Below, one piece after another: positions 23,588 to 31,800 of a stretch of 37,144 nt of DNA (the stretch's first letter is position 1; each line of letters opens with the position of its first letter). The position numbers and the translations under genes are program-made. The DNA comes from Eubacteriales bacterium (GTDB lineage Bacteria; Bacillota; Clostridia; Oscillospirales; CAG-272). Where the stretch lies: assembly GCA_045633385.1 (NCBI GenBank), contig JAZQYE010000225.1, forward strand, positions 1-37,144, given 5' to 3'. The notes beneath the pieces are model-generated. The model did not search any database. It saw only the letters and a list, made by a program, of their open reading frames with translations, and had not been told where the DNA came from.

Positions 23588-26500
23588 ATGCAAAACAAAC
23601 GGCTTTTATGGCTTATGCCGATGATGATCGTCCTGCTGATCTCCATGCTTACGGTTACGGCGGGTGCCGCGGTTTCCTTTTCCGAGGAGAACCGAGGCGA
23701 CAGTCAAAGCGTGTTTATTGCGGGCAACCCCGACCTGTATCCCATCGAATACTTCAACCCCAATACCAAACGCTACGAGGGCGTAATGCCGATTTTGTTC
23801 GAGCGTATTTCCGAGGAGTGCGGACTTGATTTTACCTACATCTACGCATCTGCCGAAAACAAGCAGCAGTATCTGGCGCAAAACGGGCAGGTAGATATCG
23901 TATCCGCGTACGTCAACGATCGCATCGATACGCAGTACGTTCCGCAGGAGAGTGCGTTGCTTCACTTTACCTATAACGGGCGCACCCAAACGGCAGTCAT
24001 TGGCTTTACGTCGGTTTGTGACCAAACGGTAAAAGAGAAGATCAGTACGTATCTGGAGGCGTTGAGCGAGGAGGAGCTGACGGCAATTACCGTTTCCTAC
24101 GTTATGACGCACCAAAGAGAGAGCGCCAAAAACGCATGGATCTTGCCAACCGTTATCGCGGTGATATTGGTCGCGCTTGTCGTTTTGGGCTTGCTGTTCT
24201 ACCGCAATCAAAAGAGGACGGTGGAGCAAAAAAAAATCAACCCCAAAAGCGGACTGTACAACAAGAGCTATCTGGACGTTATTTTGTATTCCTTGATCCA
24301 CGATTTCGTCCGCAAGCGCTATTATGCGGTTTACGTCTCCGCAAATTATGAAAACCTGCTCAAATACTACACCAAGCCCCAATTGGTCGCGCTGTCGGAT
24401 TATATATCGCGCACCTTGCAGGCTGAATTGCAGGATCGCGAGTTTGGCATTCACGTAGGTGAAGACGTTACCTTTTTGCTGTTGATACAAGCCCCCAATC
24501 AGGGGCAGGCAGAGCAAAGGGTTGACGCGCTGATTCAAAGGCTGAACCTTGAAAACGAGATCTTGAGCGACGATTATCGCGTAACGATCTCGGCAGGCTG
24601 TTACGGACTTTCGCAGGCACGCGAGAGCGGCGAACGCATTCTCGACGTAACGAGCGAGGCATATCTTTACGCCGAGGAAAACGCGCTTCGGTACTTCTTT
24701 ATCGACCCTGTATTCCTGAAGCGGGTGGATCGTAAGGCGCTTTTGCAAAAGGAGACCGTTCAAGCGATCAAAAAGGATCAGATCCTGTTCTATCTGCAAT
24801 ATATTGTGGATATTCAAAGAAACGTCATCATCGGTGCAGAGTCGCTCTCCCGTTGGGAGCACCCGCGTGAGGGACTGCTGTTCCCGGGGGCTTACATACA
24901 GCTGATGCAGCACGCAAACAACATTCATTTGTTGGATTTTTACATGCTTGAAAAAAGCTGTCAACAGCTTGCACGCTGGAACACGGACGAAGCGAACGGC
25001 TTGAAGATCTCCTGCAACTTTGACCGACAAACCGTTGCACGGGAAGATTTTTACGACCGTGTCATGGAGATCACCGAAAAATACGGCGTCGATCGCAGTC
25101 GCCTCGTTTTGGAGATCACCGAGGATACCTTTGTTTACAACAAAGAAAACGTGATGCAAAACACGGGCAGACTGCGTAAGGAAGGCTTTAACATAGCCCT
25201 TGACGATTTTGGCAGGGGAAGCTCTTATTTCCAGAATCTGATCGAGTATCACGTCTCCCTTCTCAAGCTGGATCGCATCTTCGTTGCCATGATGAAGACC
25301 GCGCCCGGCGAAACGCTCATCCGCGGAATCGTAACGGCGGCGCACGATCTTGGACTCCACGTACTGCAAGAGGGCGTAGAGACCTACGCAGAGCTGCAAA
25401 CGTGCAAGGCGTTTGGCATTGATATGGTGCAGGGCTTTGTGTTCTCCCGCGTCATTCCCGGCATCGAGGGCGATCGCGTCAGACGCCGTTTGGCTGCTCG
25501 TCTGTTGGAGGAGGGCGCACCCCAAAACAGCTTGCAGACCTATGCCGACGTCAACCCCGACGCCGAGGAGGATAACGTTTACGAGGACGATGACGAGGAG
25601 GGAAGCGCTTACGGTACGCGCTACCGTTGGAGCTTTTTGGCTCGTTTGCACCGCGCTCCCGAGGAGATCGCCGGTTACTATTCGGAGCTGAAGAACGCAT
25701 TTTTGAAATACAAAAAGGTTCGTTCCCGTATCAGCTGGAGCTACGATACCGTCAGCTATCGCCACGCACCTGCGGCAAAATTCGTCATGCGTCAAAAATC
25801 CTTGTTGCTCTATCTTGCTCTGCCGCCCGCAGAATTTGAGGAAAGCAAGTATTTCTTTGTAGATGCATCCGAAAAGAAGAAATACGAGCAGGTTCCGCTT
25901 CGCTTAAAGATTCGCGGCAGCCGCGGCTTTAAGCACGCCTTGGAGCTGATCGAGGAGCTTGCCAAGCGGCTGGAATGGAAGGAACAGACCGATTTTACCG
26001 CACAGGATCACACCTTGCCGTTCAAAACGGTAGAGGAGCTGATCGAGGTAAAGCTGATCAAAATAAACGGCAAGGCACTTGCCGTAGAGGAGCTTCCCGC
26101 ACCGCAAAAGGTGCAAAGCAACATTTCTTATCAAGCACCGAATTTTTCAATTGTAGAGCCTGTTAAAGAGGAAACATCAATGGAGGAAAATACCATGGAA
26201 AACAATTCGACCATTACGCAAAATATTGCGGACTTTATTTACGGTACCTATTACCGTTGGAGCTTTACCGCACGCCTGCACCAAGCGCCCGAAAACGTTG
26301 CCGAGTATTACAACGATATCAAAAATGCCTTTTTGCGCTACAAAAAGGTCAAGTCGCGCATCAGCTGGAGCTGTGATACCATTACGTTTGGCAAGGAGCA
26401 GCTTGCAAAATTCGTGCTGACGCAAAAAACGCTGTACGTATATCTGGCACTCTCTCCCAAGGACTTGGAGGGAACCAAGTACTTCTTTACCGACGAGTCG

Positions 26501-27214
26501 GATATCAAAAAGTACGAAAAGGTTCCGGTTCGCGTGCGCGTTCGCAGTGAGCGCGGTGTGAAGTACACCATCGAGCTGATCGAAAAGATCGCCGCTCTCA
26601 AGGATCTGCAGCTTGCAAAGAACTTTGAGGTCACCGATTTCACGCTCCCGCACGAAAACGTTGAAACGCTGTTGGATCGTCAATTGATCAAAAAGATCGA
26701 TTTGATCGAATCCGTCGTGGTCTCCGAGGAGGAGAGCGAGGAGGAGAGCGTAGCGGCTGCTGCCGTTTTGGAGGAGGCACCCGTTGAGGAAGCACCTGCC
26801 GAGGAGCCGGTCGTTGAGGAAGCACCCGTCGAGGAAGCACCCGTCGAGGAGCCGGTCGTTGAGGAGGCACCCGTCGAGGAAACGCCTGTAGAGGAGCCGG
26901 TCGTTGAGGAGCCCGTTGTGGAAGAAACTCCCGTTCAGGAGCCCCCCGTTGAAGAGCCGGTACAGGAAGAGCCCAAAGCAGAAGAGACCGTTCCTGCGCA
27001 AGCAACGTTCACCGTGGTTGAGGAAACGCCCGCAGAGCAGATTCAAAACGCGGATCTTGCCGAGGCTGAGACCATTCACGTTGCCTTCCTGCAAAAGCTT
27101 TGCCAGCAGTTTGACGCCGACGAATTAAACGCGCACGTCAAGGTGATCTACAAAAAGAAGAGAGAAAAGAAGACGAGTATCTTCGACATCATCATGAAGA
27201 AGAACCGCTCTTGA
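23588..27214 (+). CDS. Multidomain c-di-GMP signalling protein: SBP-like ectodomain, TM, degenerate GGDEF, EAL, two copies of an unassigned module, acidic EExPV repeats
   Basis: RBS AAGGAGGAG. Signal/TM followed by IAGNPDLYPIEYF (type-3 solute-binding-like) and a TM at aa 184-205. The GGDEF position reads VGEDV (24455-24469). The EAL domain has ESLSR (24839-24847), CNF, EITE, DDFGRGSS, KLD, EGVET and QGF all present. Confidence 0.9.
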   Translation: MQNKRLLWLMPMMIVLLISMLTVTAGAAVSFSEENRGDSQSVFIAGNPDLYPIEYFNPNTKRYEGVMPILFERISEECGLDFTYIYASAENKQQYLAQNGQVDIVSAYVNDRIDTQYVPQESALLHFTYNGRTQTAVIGFTSVCDQTVKEKISTYLEALSEEELTAITVSYVMTHQRESAKNAWILPTVIAVILVALVVLGLLFYRNQKRTVEQKKINPKSGLYNKSYLDVILYSLIHDFVRKRYYAVYVSANYENLLKYYTKPQLVALSDYISRTLQAELQDREFGIHVGEDVTFLLLIQAPNQGQAEQRVDALIQRLNLENEILSDDYRVTISAGCYGLSQARESGERILDVTSEAYLYAEENALRYFFIDPVFLKRVDRKALLQKETVQAIKKDQILFYLQYIVDIQRNVIIGAESLSRWEHPREGLLFPGAYIQLMQHANNIHLLDFYMLEKSCQQLARWNTDEANGLKISCNFDRQTVAREDFYDRVMEITEKYGVDRSRLVLEITEDTFVYNKENVMQNTGRLRKEGFNIALDDFGRGSSYFQNLIEYHVSLLKLDRIFVAMMKTAPGETLIRGIVTAAHDLGLHVLQEGVETYAELQTCKAFGIDMVQGFVFSRVIPGIEGDRVRRRLAARLLEEGAPQNSLQTYADVNPDAEEDNVYEDDDEEGSAYGTRYRWSFLARLHRAPEEIAGYYSELKNAFLKYKKVRSRISWSYDTVSYRHAPAAKFVMRQKSLLLYLALPPAEFEESKYFFVDASEKKKYEQVPLRLKIRGSRGFKHALELIEELAKRLEWKEQTDFTAQDHTLPFKTVEELIEVKLIKINGKALAVEELPAPQKVQSNISYQAPNFSIVEPVKEETSMEENTMENNSTITQNIADFIYGTYYRWSFTARLHQAPENVAEYYNDIKNAFLRYKKVKSRISWSCDTITFGKEQLAKFVLTQKTLYVYLALSPKDLEGTKYFFTDESDIKKYEKVPVRVRVRSERGVKYTIELIEKIAALKDLQLAKNFEVTDFTLPHENVETLLDRQLIKKIDLIESVVVSEEESEEESVAAAAVLEEAPVEEAPAEEPVVEEAPVEEAPVEEPVVEEAPVEETPVEEPVVEEPVVEETPVQEPPVEEPVQEEPKAEETVPAQATFTVVEETPAEQIQNADLAEAETIHVAFLQKLCQQFDADELNAHVKVIYKKKREKKTSIFDIIMKKNRS
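25610..26695 (+). repeat. Intragenic tandem duplication with a 630-nt (210-aa) period
   Basis: Copy 1 starts at 25610 (YGTRYRWSFLARLHRAPEE...KNAFLKYKKVRSRISWSYDT). Copy 2 starts at 26240 (YGTYYRWSFTARLHQAPEN...KNAFLRYKKVKSRISWSCDT). About half the residues are identical across roughly 150 aa, and synonymous sites have diverged. Confidence 0.85.
26771..26986 (+). repeat. 15-nt tandem repeat encoding about 14 EE(A/T/P)PV pentapeptides
   Basis: GAGGAAGCACCCGTC / GAGGAGCCGGTCGTT units in frame: EEAPV EEAPA EEPVV EEAPV EEAPV EEPVV EEAPV EETPV EEPVV EEPVV EETPV QEPPV EEPVQ EEPKA. Confidence 0.9.
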
Positions 27215-27262
27215 TCTGCCAAAGCTTTCCACCTTCATCAAGTAAAAGGAGCGTAAGCCAAC

Positions 27263-28525
27263 TTGAAAAAGCATTTATTATTGATTGTAATTTGTTTTGC
27301 ATTGTTACTGACATCATTTGGTTGTACGGCCGATTCCACAGAAACCGAGAGCACGCAAACGCCTTCGCAAACTACCAAAGATCCTTCGTTGCAGGAGACG
27401 ACCGATCCCTCCGTTGATCAAGAGCCGACCGCCAAAGCCATTTGGCAGGACGCCAATAACGTCGTTCTTCTTTGGAGCAACGAGGCAAATCACGAGTACA
27501 GCATCTACCGAAGCAACAGCCCCGAGGGGAGCTTTGCGTATCTCGGCAAGAGCTTGACGGGCTCTTACCGCGATGCCACGGCAACCTATCCAAACGCGTA
27601 CTACTACAAAATAAAAGACAAAGATCTTAAAACACAGCAGGTACGGGAGCTTGAGCCGATCGGCGCGGTCGTTGCGCCCGAGGAGGTGGACTCTGTCAGC
27701 GTGATCATGTATCACAATTTTGTCAGCCAAGAGGATATCGAAAACGGCATTGAGTTTGAGGAATATTCCATCTCTCCCGCCGATTTTGAAGCGGATCTGA
27801 TCTGGCTGAAGGAAAACGGCTACGTTACCATCACGTCAAGAGAGCTGTTGTATTATCTGGAGAACAAAGAGCCCATTCCGCAAAAGGCGGTCATTCTGTC
27901 TATCGATGACGGCTCGTGGGGCGTATATACCAACGCTTGGCCGCTCTTGAAAAAGCACGGCATGAAGGCGGATTTCAACGTCATCGGCGCGCAGATCGAT
28001 GCTACGTGGGAGCTGCTTCATTCTGGCGGAACGCGAGAGGGCGAGCCCGCACCTTTTTGCACGTGGGAGGAGCTGATCGAAATGCAGCAAAGCGGAGAGA
28101 TTAACGTATGCTCCCATACCTACGGTATGCACGTGTATAACAAAGAAAAGCGCGTGGGCATGAGCATGATGGAAAACGAGACCCCCGAGGCGTTTGCACA
28201 AGCCGTTCAAAAGGACTACAATCTGGTTTTGAGCTGCATGGAGGGCTGGACGGGCATTATGACCGAAACGGTGGCTTATCCCTACTCCAAGAGGAGCGCG
28301 ACGGGTGACCGTATCGTTTTGGAAAACACGGGGTACAAAATTTTGATGGCGGGAAACGGCGCCAGAGGCACGGCAGGGAACTACTTTGTCAGGGGCTGTG
28401 ATTTTGTCAATCAGCTCACGCTCATGAGCCGCCCGTGCCGAATGGACGGAACCCCCATCAGCGTCTATCTTGAAAACATTCAAGTAAGGGATGCAAAAAA
28501 CGGAGTCAACGTTTCGAATGCGTAG
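27263..28525 (+). CDS. Polysaccharide deacetylase (CE4, IcaB/PgaB-like) lipoprotein with an N-terminal FN3-like module
   Basis: TTG start. MKKHLLLIVICFALLLTSFGC lipoprotein signal. VIMYHNF, SIDDGSWG (TFDDG-type motif) and CSHTYGMH (H-S/T-x-x-H motif). Confidence 0.85.
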   Translation: MKKHLLLIVICFALLLTSFGCTADSTETESTQTPSQTTKDPSLQETTDPSVDQEPTAKAIWQDANNVVLLWSNEANHEYSIYRSNSPEGSFAYLGKSLTGSYRDATATYPNAYYYKIKDKDLKTQQVRELEPIGAVVAPEEVDSVSVIMYHNFVSQEDIENGIEFEEYSISPADFEADLIWLKENGYVTITSRELLYYLENKEPIPQKAVILSIDDGSWGVYTNAWPLLKKHGMKADFNVIGAQIDATWELLHSGGTREGEPAPFCTWEELIEMQQSGEINVCSHTYGMHVYNKEKRVGMSMMENETPEAFAQAVQKDYNLVLSCMEGWTGIMTETVAYPYSKRSATGDRIVLENTGYKILMAGNGARGTAGNYFVRGCDFVNQLTLMSRPCRMDGTPISVYLENIQVRDAKNGVNVSNA

Positions 28526-28607
28526 TGGCTTAAAGACGAGGGCAGTGCCTGCATTGATAGCCCGATGCATTGGTTATACAAATGAGAAATCGGCACGATA
28601 AAACAGA

Positions 28608-28655
28608 AGAGAGAGTAACACGGAAATAAGGACCGTGAAGCTCTCTCTTTTTTTT
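28608..28655 (+). terminator. Intrinsic terminator closing the 8-gene operon
   Basis: AGAGAGAG (28608-28615) pairs with CTCTCTCT (28641-28648). An inner CACGG/CCGTG stem is present, followed by a T8 run. Confidence 0.8.
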
Positions 28656-28764
28656 CGTTTTGTGAGGCTTTTGCTATCGCAATAGTGGAGTTGCTGTGCA
28701 GTGAAGTTGAAAATCGGTGATTTTGTAAACATATTTTCAAATGCCGCTTTTTTAAAAATAAGGT

Positions 28765-28793
28765 TTGACATTTCAGGTATATTGTGCTATAAT
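28765..28793 (+). promoter_or_regulatory. Consensus sigma-A promoter of the giant surface-protein gene
   Basis: TTGACA (28765-28770), 17-nt spacer ending TGTGC, TATAAT (28788-28793). Confidence 0.7.
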
Positions 28794-28838
28794 GAATAGG
28801 TAAAATTTTGTAAAAAATCTTTTTACGAGGTGGAAAAC

Positions 28839-31800
28839 ATGAAAAGAAGTCTGTTGACCAGGATCACATCGGCATTTTTGGCGTTCGTGATGGTCTTTTT
28901 GATGATTCCCGCAAGCGTTTTTGCTTCTTTTGCGGATGCGTTGCAAAACGGCGCGGATTCCCGAAAAGACATGACGATCGTGCTTGTGTACGATGCAGAG
29001 GATTTCTACAACATTCGAAACGATCTGAAGGGTACCTATATCCTGATGAACGATATCGATCTTTCGGGCTACTCCAATTGGGAGCCGATCGGTACCGTTG
29101 AGGCGCCGTTTGACGGTGAATTGCTCGGCTCGGGATATACGGTTCGCGGATTGCAGATCACGGCCCTGCCCGAGAGCGAGGACGGCGATCCCGTTTACGT
29201 TGGCTTGTTTGGCTACAACACGGGCTTGATCCGCGATTTGCGCCTGGAGGGAAGCGTAACCGTCAATGCACAAGGCGTTCATGCGTACTTGGGCTCTTTG
29301 GTTGCGTACAATGACGGAAACGTGATCAACTGCTACGACGGCGTTGATTTTACGGAGTATGCGGTTGCCGATAATTCCCTGTACGGCGGCGTTAAGAATT
29401 TGGATAAGACATCCGGTCAGGCGTTTGAGCTGGGTGCTGACGGCACCTTGACCTTAAAGGGAAGTGGCAAGACCTATGCAAACTACACCGTTCTCATCGG
29501 TGAGAGCACGCTCTCTGCCATTTACATCTTTTTGCAAAACGTCAATCTGACCGATTTTGTGCTGGATGCAAGCGCATGGACAAAGGATATTTATATCATC
29601 AGCCAAGGCACTTCCAACAGCATTCGCGCAAAGGAGGATGCAATTGCCATCAACGCGCCCAATGCAAACGTGATCGTATTGGGTGACGCACCGCTGACGA
29701 TTTACGGCGGTAATGGTAGCAATGGAGAGGCAGGAAAAACCGAACAAAAAGACGGAACTGACGGAAAGAGCGGTAAAGCTGCGATTTCCGCAAACACGCT
29801 GACTGTATCGTTGGATAACGAGAGTGTACTTGCGCTTTACGGTGGAAACGGCGGCGTGGGTGGCAATGGTGCCGTTGGTGATAGCGGAAAAGGTGAAACT
29901 GCGGCTCCCGGTGGAACCGGAGGAAAAGGTGGAAACGGTGGAGATGGTTCAACCGCATTAACTTGCAGTTCGCTTGTTGCTGTTACTTTGATCAATTTTT
30001 ACGCCGGTGTAGGTGGTAAAGGTGGCGACGGAGGCAAAGGTGGACAAGGCGGAACCGGAAAATCTACCAGCTTCTATACAGATTTTGGGGGCGCGTTAGG
30101 TACACAGTCAGATGCTGCCAAGAATTGGGCGAATAGTTTTGAGAGTAGTGCCAAAAGTGCAAACAAAGGCGGAACCGGTGGAGACGGAGGCTATGGTGGA
30201 AAAGGAGGAGACGCATTGCCTCCGATCGTAGCATCCAATGTTGTAGGTTCATTCAATCAATTTGCAGGAACAATTGGCATTTCCGGAAATGGTGGAATGG
30301 GCGGAGCCGGTGGAAGCGGAGGTACATGCTATGTTAGTGCTTGTTATCAAAACTGGGGCGACAAATATCATAACAGAACATGGTATGGTTCTGTTGGTGA
30401 TAGTAAAGAGTCTGTACAGCGCGACAACTATGGAAATGGTATATCACAGGTATCTTGGAGCATTCAAACGATTTCCGGCGGCAAGCAATACAATCTTTAC
30501 ACGGTAGCGGACAAGATCACCTACGGTTCGGCTCTGCAAAAGGCGAACGGCTATGGCGAAAAGCTCGTGTCTGTCAACAGCGCAGAGGAGCAGGCGATCG
30601 TTGCAAAGCTGCAAGCTCTTGCGGGTGACGGACAATATTGGCTCGGTCTGACCCGTAAGGCGGTTTACCAAAACGAAGCAGCTCTTGATCTTTGGGTATG
30701 GGAGGACGGAACCGAGTTCTCCGAAAACAATCCCGCCGTTTACACCAATTGGGGGGCGGGTGAGCCGAACAACAGCGGCGAAAACGAGTGGTATGCGCAT
30801 TTGTCCACGGGAGGCTTTTGGAACGATGCCATGGGCGACTCTCTGCTTGCAGGTTTTATTACCGAAAAGGACGTTGCGGTTACCGTTGCTCCCACCATTG
30901 TCAAGACCTTTTACGGCTACCACACGGTGGATGCCGTAGAGACCTGCGCGGGGGAGACGTTGGATACCAACTATCCCACCGATATTTACGTAGATGCAAC
31001 CTCGGTGCAGGGGGCTTACTACGTTGGAACCGAAAGCAACCCCTACGCGGTCTTGCTGGCGGTCTCCTCCAAAACGGACAGCGCGTATAACGTGCACTCC
31101 AAAACCGAGTTCATTTATTTTGGCGCGTTTGGCGGTTGTACCACCGTCAAGGCGGTCAAGATCCCCGAAAACGTGCGCGGCATCGGACCTCGCGCATTCT
31201 ACGATTGCGAAAAGCTGGTGCAGGTCATTACCACCGCACCCATCAACGAAATTGCAAGATACGCGTTTGCCGAGTGCAATGCGTTGAGCGATATGAAGCT
31301 GGTCGATCACAAAGAGGATCTGCGCATCGGTCAAAACGCGTTCCAAAACTGCTCTGCCTTGACCGATATCGTCATTCCCGCAGGCACGACACAGATCGGT
31401 GCTTACGCATTTGCGGGAGCAAAGAAGCTCAAGGCGATCACCATTGCCGCAGGTATTGAGGAGCTTGGCGCACACGCCTTTGCTAACTGCGAAAAGCTGA
31501 CCACCGTAACCGTTGCGCAAAATGCCAAATTGAAGGTGATCGGTGACTTTGCGTTTGAAAATTGCGTATCGCTCACGGGCGTTCGTTTTCCCGATACCCT
31601 GGAGCGCATTGGCATAAGCGCGTTCCAAAACAACACCTCGTTGCAGTACATCTACGTTCCCGCGGCGGTCTCCTTTATTGGTGCAAAGGCGTTTTACGCT
31701 TGCCCTGCGGTGACCTCTATCGTAGTAGCCGAGGGGAACGAGACCTATTATTCCGGCACCTCCAACTGCTTGGTGGAGCGTGCGAGCGGACGTATTTTCG

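Noticed and set aside
23606-27094. 729-aa (23606-25795) and 305-aa (26177-27094) minus-strand ORFs
   Set aside because: Antisense shadows of the GGDEF/EAL CDS. The EAL catalytic motifs and in-frame repeats occur only on the plus strand.
28526-28838. Small minus-strand ORFs (86 and 65 aa) between the deacetylase gene and the giant gene
   Set aside because: They overlap the operon terminator and the giant-gene promoter, and lack an RBS and any motif. The region is explained by those regulatory elements.
29690-30330. Collagen-like triple-helix region in the giant protein
   Set aside because: Gly is frequent, but the G-X-Y register is not maintained for more than 3-4 triplets.
30445-30870. Diversity-generating retroelement target (C-type lectin folds are typical DGR variable proteins)
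   Set aside because: No reverse transcriptase gene and no template/variable repeat pair are visible in the window. The domain is the canonical EPN/WND lectin type rather than the DGR/FGE-like CLec fold, and it is internal rather than C-terminal.
30444-31628. 394-aa minus-strand ORF
   Set aside because: Same reason: it lies antisense to the C-type lectin and LRR part of the giant plus-strand CDS and has no motifs.
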